This document shows positions 51,868-62,479 of a stretch of 64,000 nucleotides of DNA, one piece after another (positions within the stretch are counted from its first letter, which is position 1; every line of letters begins with the position of its first letter). A program made the translations under genes and the position numbers. The stretch spans positions 160,001 to 224,000 of the IMG/VR virus record IMGVR_UViG_3300020045_008999. The stretch is one strand, 5' to 3'. Source of the DNA: a virus. Taxonomy: Duplodnaviria; Heunggongvirae; Uroviricota; Caudoviricetes. A model generated the notes under the pieces. That model saw nothing but the letters and a program-made list of their open reading frames with translations. It was not told where the DNA came from and made no database searches.

Positions 51868-54800
51868 ATGGATTTAACAGCACAAAATGTCCACCAGGTT
51901 TTTTTAAATTGTATGTTCGAAGAGGGTGAAAGCACTGATAACTATATTTTGGCAGAGGGTTTGCACTTGAGTGTTGGCTTTAAACCGGAACGGTTAGAAG
52001 ATAATGCCGATAATATTACTGAATTATTAAATAGTCTGCCAGATAGCTTTAAAAATGATGGGGCTGGAATGACATTTCTCAATATGTGTAATGATAATTT
52101 AGGCAATCAATGGACTGATAGACATCAAACAATGGATGAATTAGTATGTTTAGGAATAGCTATTGGTAAATTATCGTATTCAAGTCCTAGAGAATTATGG
52201 ATAACATTCCCTGGAGGTATGCCATTTTTATCAATCAAATAACTAATCTATAGTATTATGAATACATATACACTTTTTTGGATGACCGGTGAGGTACAAA
52301 TAATAACCGGTGACACCCCTAGTGAGGCGATGAATAATGCGGGAATAGGGCAAGGCGCATTGCGAGCACTTGACTTTTATAGCAGTGGTGATAAGCAAAA
52401 TGAATATACCTGGAATCGTGAGGATCGTAAATGGGATAAGGTATAAACCATTTCATATCGCATAGTATATTAATCAAATTTGTAAAATTATAATAAAAAA
52501 GTTGATATGAAAAAAATACTGGTTTTAGGCACAACTCATATAATGTGCACACTGGTTTCAAATAAATCATTCGTATTTGACAATAATGGGAGTGATGAAT
52601 CAGTAGTAAATACAAATGACCCATTTGCTCCGGAAAGTATCCCATTTATCAATTCAAGAAAGGATCATTTCGAAGGTTTACAGTTTTATGAAAAAACCCC
52701 AAATAAATTTATTGGGAAACCGTTGAGAAATTATAAATAAATATCGGTAACATCAAGAATGAAGAATGGAAAAAACATAATTCCCCAGGAATTAGATTTA
52801 GTAGCTAGATTAGTATTGGGTGCTTATGGATATGAAACTATATGGGTTCGTATCGCTAAAATTAATAGTGATGGAACCTTTTTTGGTATAGCTGAGAATG
52901 TAGATAGGCGTAATGATAGATATATAAAGGGTGACCAGTACCTATTTGATTATGATGACAGTATGATTATTTACACCGACCAACAATTGTGTTATTCAGA
53001 TAATGTATCTATATGTGACTGCCCAGGTCTTTGTAGAGACAAATAAAGCGTCATATGAAACCAACTTCTAATAATGTGAATATTTCAGAGTTTCGCTTAA
53101 CCGGGTTAAGTAGAAAAAAATCATTCACATTACAATTGCTACATACTGATCGCGAAATATTTTGGGCAACACCTGAAATGTCACAACATTCGTTTGATAC
53201 TTTTTGGAATTATTATATTCCGTCTAATAAATATATTGCGGAGGTACAACACAACGGATTAACTGGTGATGGAATACCCATTGATCCAATAGTGATTTCT
53301 ATAAGAGAAATACATTTATAATTTTTTTAATATTCTAAAAAAACCTATATGATAAATCCTGAAACTTTAATAGAAGCTAATAAATTCAAAACACAAATGT
53401 TGGTATGTTCAATAATGTGTTGGCTACTTATTATTTTCTTAGAAATATTAAACCCTGATCGGCCATTAGAATTTGTGATTTTATTCGCAGCGGTTGTACT
53501 AACATTTATTTATGTTAAAATGAAATGTATGATTGCTAGGTACAACAGTGAAGACATACTCAATCAAAATGCGGAATTCGCTAGAGTAATTACTAAATCT
53601 ATAACAAAAAGCAAATGATTAATAGTATATCAGTGAAACTAAATAAAATAGAAATACCACACTTTGATGGCGAAATTTCTATGCTACCATTTGACCTGTG
53701 TGATACTAGCACGTTGCCTGATAATTTTCACAACACTGTTAATGATATGGTCAATAATTTACCAATTTTATATGGGGAAGCATTTTTCACAATACATGGT
53801 AAATTCGTCAGTAAAGACAGGACTATGCGTCGAGGTGCCCCACACATTGATGGTAATTATATCAATGGCCCTAGTATTAAGGGATATAAGAGACAATTAT
53901 CAGGCTGGTCAAACCCGAATCCTAATCCAGGTTGGTCAACCCCGAATCCTAATCCAGGTTGGGAAAATTCTAATCCTAATCATAATCCAGGCTGGAGTTC
54001 ACATCAGCCGCTAGTGAACGGACACAAAATTTCATATGAAAGTGCCACGGGAGGGATGCTTATATCGTCAAATTATTCAGCATGCAAAGGCTGGAACGGT
54101 GTATTTGATGGAATTCCTAACATTGGCGGCGATTGTTCACATATCAAATTAGATGATGGATTTATGCTAGAGGCAAATGAGGTATATTACGGAAATTCAC
54201 AATTTATACATGAAAGTTTACCATCTGATAAAGACATTCATAGAGTAATGATAAGAATTACGCTACCGATTGAATATCCAGCATTAGTATTTTAAATTCA
54301 CACATTTTATGCAAATTATAGTTATAGAAAATACGGTTTATAAAATAACAGAAAGTCTTTATAGTGAATTAATGTTAAAGTATAAAGAAATCTCTGATAA
54401 AGAATACTATCATTCACAACAGATGGAGATCTCGGATTACATTGATAGTATTTTACCTAAATTAACACTTGTCGGATCAATAGCATTTGATTATAGACTA
54501 TAAATTATATTCGTTGTTAGTAATTTGATATTTAATATGTAAATTTCAATGAGTAATATTTTGAATTAATTATTTTTTTGATTATATTTGTTTAATATTA
54601 TTTAATAACACTATTATGGAATTTACCAAAAAAACATACGAATTGCTTAAAAAACAGTACAATGAAGCAGTGGCCGCTAATCAAACTTCATTCATATTCG
54701 AAGGGAATGAGTTGTTGGTTTCGTACGCAAAGTATCTGATAGAATATCTAAGTACTAAATTTTAATAAAGAAACTTCTATGGAACAGTTTAGTATTTCAG

Positions 54801-55881
54801 AATTGAAGCTAATTGCACATTCACTTGGCATAGATCTTTTCAATGCTGTAATGTCACATAAGAGAATTGATAAAATATTACCAAATACATTTTATCGAAA
54901 TTATTACCAAAGTAATGACGAAGCGTTATTTGGAAGTTTGTTACAAGATGGGTTTGTTCATAAAATGTATAGAAGCAATTTGTGCTACTTCCACATAACT
55001 GAATCCGGTATTGTGAAGTTTAAAAAAGAGTTTGAAAAACTGGTAAATTACCAGAAACAATCTAACCGAGATGTATCGTACTTGAAAAGTAGAATTGAAT
55101 TCTATTGTACCTGGAGTAACTACAACTTTGGAGCCGGGAATGCTGAACACGTAATATCAGTATATCTCAATGACTACAAACAAGGACACAATATATCACA
55201 TACAACTAGGGATTGTATAAGAAGGTTTTCGAATGAATTGAAAACAATCGATACATTAATCGTTAATTAGTAAAACTACACATAATGTCAGAATCAAATT
55301 CCGAGACACACTTGGCTATAACTGCTACCAAAGGCGGGATGCTACAACTAAATAAAATAGATGTTAAAGGTGAATATCTTAGCGAATGGAATGAACATTC
55401 AAAAGATTTTTACGCATTGGCTATGAATGGTGAAATTATACGAAACACTCTTTATCGAAAGGGTGGACTTAATTTCAACTTAAAAGTTGGTATCGATAAG
55501 TATTTTATGCTTTTAAAATACACGGAATGTATTTATGATTTAGATTTTATTCAAAAGTGTTATCCGGAAAAAAGTAAAACCGAACAAGAGGTATTGCGAA
55601 AACATTTGAAATCACAATGGGTAATAATTGACTCATATGGTGACGAAAAAGTAATTTTTGATCAATTCAAACACGCTAATCTCGTAAATTCAATGTCCCC
55701 TATTTATTTCATTGATGGGAATTATTATAATATTGATACCGGATATTTTTATTGTAATGCTTCATCTAGCATGAGTACCAAGACTGTTTTGATTTTGGAA
55801 AATAAATATGATAGTGACGAAGCTAAAAAAGGAATAATGAAAATAAATCTAAATGATGGGACTTGGGAAGTTTTCAAATAA
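51868..55881 (+). other. Block of small hypothetical phage genes (51868..52242, 52258..52446, 52507..52740, 52759..53046, 53055..53321, 53349..53618 membrane, 54309..54503, 54779..55270, 55285..55881)
   Basis: Co-oriented packed ORFs; promoter TTTG-N19-TATATTTG at 54560-54590. Confidence 0.7.
53615..54295 (+). CDS. 2-oxoglutarate/Fe(II) oxygenase-like protein with GW-(NP)n repeat insert
   Basis: RRGAPHIDG (HxD), HESLP (distal H), RVMIRIT (2OG-binding R); 27-bp repeats about 53901-53996. Confidence 0.6.
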   Translation: MINSISVKLNKIEIPHFDGEISMLPFDLCDTSTLPDNFHNTVNDMVNNLPILYGEAFFTIHGKFVSKDRTMRRGAPHIDGNYINGPSIKGYKRQLSGWSNPNPNPGWSTPNPNPGWENSNPNHNPGWSSHQPLVNGHKISYESATGGMLISSNYSACKGWNGVFDGIPNIGGDCSHIKLDDGFMLEANEVYYGNSQFIHESLPSDKDIHRVMIRITLPIEYPALVF

Positions 55882-55998
55882 CCACGAAGTAGACCAGCAT
55901 TATATCGCCTTCAAATGTTACCATTGAGAATTCGTAATTACTGCGAAAAAATGGTCATATACAAAGTACCGTAGTTTAACAATATTGAAATTATTAGA

Positions 55999-56421
55999 AT
56001 GACAATAGAAGAAATTGATTTTTTTTGTGAAAACGTACATATAATAAGATATGTTCATAATAATGATGGTACAATCGATGTCAATCAGCACGTATCATTA
56101 CCTCATTGGGTTCATGAAGTACCTCCAATATTTAACGTGGTCCATGGTTTTTTTGAGTGTATGAGTAGTCAATTAACTAGTTTGATTGGATCACCAAATG
56201 AAGTATTTGGGGGTATATGGCTGTCAAATTGTGAAAAATTATCGTCATTGGTGGGACTGCCTAACAATTTCACATCGTTAACTATAAACGACTCAGTTGA
56301 AGGTTCACTTGAAAATTTTCAAATATTAATGAATTGCGTAAAAGTGGATAAGATTCATGCCCCACGAGAATTTCTGCGTAAATATAATAGATATAAAAGC
56401 ATAGTTTCAATTTTAAAATAA
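55999..56421 (+). CDS. LRR family B protein
   Basis: NNDGTIDV, LTSLIGSP, tail YNRYKSIVSILK. Confidence 0.85.
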   Translation: MTIEEIDFFCENVHIIRYVHNNDGTIDVNQHVSLPHWVHEVPPIFNVVHGFFECMSSQLTSLIGSPNEVFGGIWLSNCEKLSSLVGLPNNFTSLTINDSVEGSLENFQILMNCVKVDKIHAPREFLRKYNRYKSIVSILK

Positions 56422-56428
56422 TATCAAT

Positions 56429-56989
56429 ATGAAATACCAATACTTTGGCAAAACACCAACACCAACACCAACACCAAATAATATACAATTGGGATTTTAT
56501 ATAGATTGTGGTGGAAATTTGATCATATATCATGAAATGAAACCATCTAGTTTTGCAATAAAAAAATATGGATATAGTGATTCCGATAAGATAGTATGTT
56601 CACATACTATCAAACAATCCAAATTACGACAAATACCAAAAAGTATCAAAACTAGGTTTCGAAATCGATTTGAATCAGAACACCAATGGGTGTTATTTTT
56701 CAAAGACCTAAATAAATATATAGGAATGTATAGAGTATCTGGGAAAAATTGGGTGGATACGGTACCATTACCTGTTTCAAATTGGTTACTTGGCCGCTTA
56801 GAACAATATAAGAATGAAATGGATGAACATTGTGTTGATAATTACAGAGCAGCCAATGTACGCAAATCATCGCAGATGCGTCGTTATCGCAGAGATCAAA
56901 AATCAGGATGTTGTGGTTTTTTTGATGTCAAGGAAGTATGTCCTATTGACCACAACGAATATATAATGGGATTTAATTATGGGCATTAA
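56429..56989 (+). CDS. Hypothetical protein with N-terminal (TP)4 repeat
   Basis: ORF track; C-terminal DNYR...GCCGFFD...MGFNYGH. Confidence 0.65.
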   Translation: MKYQYFGKTPTPTPTPNNIQLGFYIDCGGNLIIYHEMKPSSFAIKKYGYSDSDKIVCSHTIKQSKLRQIPKSIKTRFRNRFESEHQWVLFFKDLNKYIGMYRVSGKNWVDTVPLPVSNWLLGRLEQYKNEMDEHCVDNYRAANVRKSSQMRRYRRDQKSGCCGFFDVKEVCPIDHNEYIMGFNYGH

Positions 56990-57488
56990 GGTTTACATGA
57001 AGATCCTACAATTTGTTAACAGTCTTCTATTTGGGAAAAAACGTACATTGGCAATTGAAGTATTTTGTAATCATCTTAATATAGTAAAATATGAAGTCAA
57101 TGATGATTATTCAATAGATGTTTTTAGTGATGTGTGGTTAGTAAACAGCAATTTAAAGAAAATACCCATAACTTTCAACCGAATTTATGGGTCGTTTAAT
57201 TGTTATTCATGTGTTCAGCTGAAAACACTTGATGGTTTTCCGAAATATATTTATGGAAAATTCGATATGCCAGATAACATATCTTTAAAATCTTTAAAAG
57301 GATTACCGTTATTCGTAGGTGGTTATGTTAACTTAGAGGGATCATTTAATTTAGTCAACAGTAATGAAAATTGTGAAATTCTAGAAAGATGTGAAATTCT
57401 TGGTGGTGTTTTCCTACCAAATAAATTCAATATTTTCTACAAAATTTTTAAACGTTCATCCACAATACAACAAATGTTAAATGAATAA
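56979..57488 (+). CDS. LRR family B protein
   Basis: YEVNDDYSIDV, LKTLDGFP, tail FKRSSTIQQMLNE. Confidence 0.85.
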   Translation: MGIKVYMKILQFVNSLLFGKKRTLAIEVFCNHLNIVKYEVNDDYSIDVFSDVWLVNSNLKKIPITFNRIYGSFNCYSCVQLKTLDGFPKYIYGKFDMPDNISLKSLKGLPLFVGGYVNLEGSFNLVNSNENCEILERCEILGGVFLPNKFNIFYKIFKRSSTIQQMLNE

Positions 57489-57945
57489 ATTTAAAAGAAA
57501 AATAATATCCAAGTGCATTAAGCTAAGAAATGAAGGCATAATTAAAGGGTCTTTTCATGTGAATGATAATTTAGAGGTAGATGTTATAGGTAGTGTAGTT
57601 TTTGATTTCACCACACATGAAACAATTCCGGTTCAGTTTGGATCAATATCTAATGACTTCGAATGTTATTCAATCCACCTTAAGTCAATTAGCGGTTTTC
57701 CAAAATTATTAGGTGGTGCATTTAGATTCACGTCCAATAATTTTGAACAAACTGATGAAAATTTCTTAGTAATCAGAAACATATACAATTTACCTGACTT
57801 GGTTACGCAATTTGGTGAGATTACACACTTACGAACATCATGTGTCCACTTGGATTCAGAATGTAGAATTGCATATTATTCGTGGTTAAAAAGATATACC
57901 CGGATTGAAACTATAAATGATATTATAAGTGATATTATAACTTAA
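57481..57945 (+). CDS. LRR family B protein
   Basis: VNDNLEVDV, LKSISGFP, tail YTRIETINDIISDIIT. Confidence 0.82.
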   Translation: MNKFKRKIISKCIKLRNEGIIKGSFHVNDNLEVDVIGSVVFDFTTHETIPVQFGSISNDFECYSIHLKSISGFPKLLGGAFRFTSNNFEQTDENFLVIRNIYNLPDLVTQFGEITHLRTSCVHLDSECRIAYYSWLKRYTRIETINDIISDIIT

Positions 57946-58547
57946 TTTGTATTATCCACTGGTGGAACTAAGCTCAATAAAAGTTTCCCAGCATCCCAAT
58001 CAAACCCCATAGTAGCTGACGCAATAGCAGTGGTATTGGACCATCTAAACTTCTGTTCGCTGTTAAGTACAACAATTTCCACACCATCATATACTGGATC
58101 TAAATTGTTTAGCAATTCTCTCATTTCTTTTATATTCATATTTTATATTGTTATGTGTTATTATTTACCAATCTTTGAATTATTGGGGCATTACTTTGAT
58201 CATCTAAATCATATATAAATCGATATGTAATTTCCTCTATATTAAATTGTTCTTCATACAAGTAGGCGGAAAAACAAGTATAGAATGGCTCCAAATATGA
58301 TGATTTATTATATATAATTTTAGACTCTTCTTTGTCAATATTTTCGAATTGTGGTAGTGAATTTATATATTCCATTATTTGACCAGCAACAGTTGACTTA
58401 ATAGACACAAATTGTTCATGGTCTTCTACAATTTTAGTGAGATTTGATGCAATATCATACACATCAATCGAGTTCCCGAGTATCGAATTAGTACTCAAAT
58501 ATTCAACAAATTTATCAAGTAATAAATTTTTGGATTCCATATTTATA

Positions 58548-59087
58548 TCAGTTAATTAAATTACAAATGAGTTTCACGATCAATTCGCGATCACTCGGTG
58601 CACTTTGAGCGATTAGAATTGTCAAAGATACTAAAGTTGCCTTATTTATTTTATTATTATTGTTACTTATTAAATTATTATTCATTGATAGATACCATAC
58701 AAACATAAGTGCTCCAATACGCTTATTACCATCGCTAAATGGGTGGTTTTTGACAATGAAATAGAAAAGATTAGTTGCCCTTTCCTCAACACTGGGATAT
58801 AAGTATTGTCCACCGAATGATTGCTCTACACTTTTCAATATGCCCTCGAATGATTCATCCCGCTTATTACCAAACAACTGAGTTGCTTCACCTAATCCAA
58901 TTAAGGTACCTTTTAAGCGATCAATTATGCCCATGGCATTACTAATATCTATTTGATATAAATCGGCCTCCTCAAGTGCCAATGTAGGGATTCGATCGGA
59001 ATCAAATTGATTTAATAATACAAAACTATCTAGGTATTCATTTATGATGTCGTTTTTTTTCATAATTTGATATTTAATATTTGACAT
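58548..59087 (-). CDS. Fic/Doc family protein
   Basis: HPFSDGNKRIG motif; QSFGGQYLYPSVEERA. Confidence 0.9.
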   Translation of the reverse strand: MSNIKYQIMKKNDIINEYLDSFVLLNQFDSDRIPTLALEEADLYQIDISNAMGIIDRLKGTLIGLGEATQLFGNKRDESFEGILKSVEQSFGGQYLYPSVEERATNLFYFIVKNHPFSDGNKRIGALMFVWYLSMNNNLISNNNNKINKATLVSLTILIAQSAPSDRELIVKLICNLIN

Positions 59088-59095
59088 TTAATGTA

Positions 59096-59123
59096 CAAAT
59101 GTAAGTTATTTTAAGTATATTTG
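59096..59123. promoter_or_regulatory. Overlapping divergent -7 boxes
   Basis: TACATTTG on minus strand (59103-59096) and TATATTTG on plus strand (59116-59123). Confidence 0.55.
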
Positions 59124-59423
59124 TATTTTAAATATCATATTATGCAAAATAAAACGTTAATAGCAGCTGCTCGTTTAATTCTAACGGAATTGGTCATTCA
59201 ATGTAGCGAAAAAGAACAAATTTTCTTCAAAAAGATGTATTCGCATCAAAATTCAACGCTTAGCATAACTGATATAGTGGATAATCTAGACCCATCTAAA
59301 TTAGACACGGCCATAACACAATGCGAAAATACTATACGCAAAAATGCACAAATAGATAAATCTATTATTTAGTTAAAATGTTCGTAAAGGGAACTGATGT
59401 GAAGTATTTCAATAAGTTTTCTG

Positions 59424-60245
59424 GTGGATTTTACTATAACTTATATCAAATTCAATGATAAAAATGATAAAAATAAAATAAAAATGGCAAAAGTTAGAAC
59501 GGAACATTTAAGTATACATAATCCACACTCTGGTGGTGATAGATCTGATTCATTAGTTCTTAAATTTAACATCAATGTTTCAGTGAATGGACTGTTTTAT
59601 ACGTTATTGAATAATGATGATGTGGTTAAAATAGAAGCGACCGGTGTAATATTTGAATTTGATAAAAAAGGCAACAGTGGTTACTTCTGTGCGAACAATA
59701 TAGATGATTTGACATATAAAATTAAATCACACTGTGTTGATTACTTCAATAGAGTAATAATTGAGGATGTAATTGTGATTAAATATTCAATCGAAACCAA
59801 TTGTAGTTATGTACTTAATGAAGATGGTATTACCTGTCCAAATGGAACATCTAAATATGTCGGTACTGGCGAATCATGGTCATGGGAATCCGGTACCCTA
59901 AAGCCATCAGTTACATCCAAATTCCCGTTTGGTGTGAAAATTTATGCAAAACCATTCCATAAAGTAGTGAGTAAATATAATAGTGGTGCGATTAAATCAG
60001 TTTATAGTGGAATTGAACATAACGATAATTATTATTTAAATTGGTTAAACGATATTATACACATTTCTCCGCCATCAAATGGTATCAATGGTGAGGTTAT
60101 ATATAGCGAAGAAAATGCAAAATTTTTCGTGGATATGTTAAAATGGGTGTGTTCCACCAACGAAAACATAAAACATATGTTTAGTAGTCCCGAGAAATTA
60201 TTGGACACAATACAATCTAGACCAAATATTTTATCTCTGCGGTAA
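59424..60245 (+). CDS. Hypothetical protein (probable start 59484)
   Basis: Long ORF, no recognised motif. Confidence 0.7.
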   Translation: MDFTITYIKFNDKNDKNKIKMAKVRTEHLSIHNPHSGGDRSDSLVLKFNINVSVNGLFYTLLNNDDVVKIEATGVIFEFDKKGNSGYFCANNIDDLTYKIKSHCVDYFNRVIIEDVIVIKYSIETNCSYVLNEDGITCPNGTSKYVGTGESWSWESGTLKPSVTSKFPFGVKIYAKPFHKVVSKYNSGAIKSVYSGIEHNDNYYLNWLNDIIHISPPSNGINGEVIYSEENAKFFVDMLKWVCSTNENIKHMFSSPEKLLDTIQSRPNILSLR

Positions 60246-60767
60246 ATGGATTTTATTAAAGAAAAATGCGAGAAATATAAAATACGCAATTACTCTATTA
60301 GACAAAATGGTGAGGTTGATGTGAGGGGTGACGTAGATTTAACCTCTAGAAATTTACACAAACTCCCAATTGTATTCAATCATGTCACCGGGATATTTAA
60401 TTGTAGTAATAATCGACTAACTACCCTAATGGGTTCACCCAAATATGTTGGTCATGACTTCATTTGTTCATTGAATGAATTACCAAATTTGGTAGGAGCA
60501 CCAGAATATATAGGTGGTAATTTTATATGCAGCCACAATTTAAAATTGAATAGTACATATTCCGGAAATAATGATATAGACGTAAAGGGATTTATGCGAA
60601 ATATAAATTTCAATTGTCGTTTACCGCATGAGATTATGAAATATAAACAATACCATACTCAGATATTAAAATATCAACGCTATTTTGACATATGGAATGT
60701 TGATTTATCATTAAATGAAGAAAATTTTAAACTATTAATTACAGAGTGCTCCGATGGTTTATTGTAA
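60246..60767 (+). CDS. Orphan LRR protein with family A C-cap but no MKNLISKEE leader
   Basis: ILKYQRYFDIWNVDLSLNEENFKLLITECSDGLL. Confidence 0.88.
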   Translation: MDFIKEKCEKYKIRNYSIRQNGEVDVRGDVDLTSRNLHKLPIVFNHVTGIFNCSNNRLTTLMGSPKYVGHDFICSLNELPNLVGAPEYIGGNFICSHNLKLNSTYSGNNDIDVKGFMRNINFNCRLPHEIMKYKQYHTQILKYQRYFDIWNVDLSLNEENFKLLITECSDGLL

Positions 60768-60812
60768 CCATTACTTCCGGTAATTAATAGTTTAAAAATC
60801 CTGATCAAATAA

Positions 60813-61202
60813 TTAGTGTTGGTACATTATTCCCATATCATCTAATGATTTCGATAACATTTTATTATAATCACCAAAGGTTCCATTAAGTAATTCTATA
60901 AATGGAATCCACTTCACTAAATGTGGTTCATCATGGGAAATTATACCACTATACTTCGCGATATAAGTAAAACACATGCTACCATCTTTGTGTATTGCAA
61001 ATGCCAGAATCAAATCATCTATGTCTAGACCAGTTTCTTCCTTACATTCGCGTATAGCGGTTGTTTTTGAGTCAAGTAAATCTTCTGGTTCCATTTTACC
61101 TCCGGGTAACCCCATCTTACTATGATCATCTTTACGCGAAACACCCAAAACTAAGCCTTGTTCATTAATTAGCACTACACATGCTGATACATTTTTATAC
61201 AT
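60813..61202 (-). CDS. NUDIX hydrolase
   Basis: LPGGKMEPED...AIRECKEETGL Nudix box. Confidence 0.88.
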   Translation of the reverse strand: MYKNVSACVVLINEQGLVLGVSRKDDHSKMGLPGGKMEPEDLLDSKTTAIRECKEETGLDIDDLILAFAIHKDGSMCFTYIAKYSGIISHDEPHLVKWIPFIELLNGTFGDYNKMLSKSLDDMGIMYQH

Positions 61203-61279
61203 AATTTTATTTAATTTAAACTCATTTTATACAAATGTAGTAATTTTATCAATATGTTAATATGATCGAACAATTAATA

Positions 61280-61708
61280 TTATAATTTAGTTGTTTCATC
61301 TCCATTTTTTTTATCAATTACTTTTCTACCCCAAGCATACTTTACCCAGGTTTTTGTATCATGGAAATATTCCCACCAATAAGGTATCCATTTACCAAAA
61401 AACACAATGGTCCATGTATTTGGCTCAGCTTTAAGTATTCTATGGCAATAATTTTCAGGAAGATAGCGAGGTTTGAACAGTTGATTTACATTTTTGGTTA
61501 ATATAGTACCATCTTCAATCACTTCTTCCACGTAGCTTCCGCTTAATAAAAATGCATATGCATTAAACGCATGTGTATGGAATCGGTTTTGTAATATGGT
61601 TTGCCAGTTGTAAACCCATATTCCACCAAAATGCTTACTTTCAAAGATGGTATATTGGATTATACCTCCCTCACCTAATTCTACTCTTTTCTTTTTGAAA
61701 AATATCAT
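61280..61708 (-). CDS. Cupin-fold protein
   Basis: FHTHAF...LLSGSYVEE...HRI...WTIVF. Confidence 0.65.
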   Translation of the reverse strand: MIFFKKKRVELGEGGIIQYTIFESKHFGGIWVYNWQTILQNRFHTHAFNAYAFLLSGSYVEEVIEDGTILTKNVNQLFKPRYLPENYCHRILKAEPNTWTIVFFGKWIPYWWEYFHDTKTWVKYAWGRKVIDKKNGDETTKL

Positions 61709-61710
61709 AT

Positions 61711-62475
61711 TTATTGTTTTTTATTTATATCTATTATTCGATTAACCGCCATGTTAAAATAACGTTCTTCCATTTCAATACCGATCGAGTGGCGATTTAA
61801 TTTTACGGCAGCGAGATTTGTAGTTCCTGAACCCATTGTATTATCTAGTATTAAATCACCATCATTTGTATATGTTTTTACTAACATTTCTAATAATGCC
61901 AATGGTTTTTGGGTTGGGTGGGCTTCTTCACCTTTTTTGGTTTTTTGTTTATCCGTTGCGAAAATTTGCACGCTTCGTGGATAACGTTCCGTGCTATCAT
62001 ATGACGTTAAACCATGATCACCATATACTTCGGTTTTCTTACTATTACGTTTGTGGTTAGCAGAACTCACTTTACGTTCGTGTCCTATCGTTTTTTGTGG
62101 GTTATATGTTGGAATTTTATCGTAAAAAACCAATATATTCTCATGAGCTTTCATTGGCATTTTCTTAGCATTAAGATGACCGGTTGCCGATGTTTTTTCC
62201 CAAATCCATTCGTATCGCAACCACTCTAAATTAGAACACCCCAATACCTTGTCAAATGGAGTTTGTGCAAATAGAATAATAACACCATTTGGTTTCAATA
62301 CTCGTTTATATTCAGCCCATAACTTATCTAAATCTAGCACAGTATCCCAACGATTCCTAGTTGTACCATATGGTAAATCACATATAATCGCATCAACGCT
62401 ATTATCAACAATTAATGGAAATATATCAAAACAATCGGCATTATATAAAGTAGTGTTCCCTATTATTTTCTTCAT
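61711..62475 (-). CDS. DNA N4-cytosine/N6-adenine methyltransferase (beta class)
   Basis: Motif IV DLPY precedes HPTQKP and motif I LDNTMGSGTT. Confidence 0.92.
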   Translation of the reverse strand: MKKIIGNTTLYNADCFDIFPLIVDNSVDAIICDLPYGTTRNRWDTVLDLDKLWAEYKRVLKPNGVIILFAQTPFDKVLGCSNLEWLRYEWIWEKTSATGHLNAKKMPMKAHENILVFYDKIPTYNPQKTIGHERKVSSANHKRNSKKTEVYGDHGLTSYDSTERYPRSVQIFATDKQKTKKGEEAHPTQKPLALLEMLVKTYTNDGDLILDNTMGSGTTNLAAVKLNRHSIGIEMEERYFNMAVNRIIDINKKQ

Positions 62476-62479
62476 ATGT

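Noticed and set aside
61711-62475. Restriction-modification system
   Set aside because: No recognisable cognate endonuclease nearby; orphan methyltransferases are common in phages
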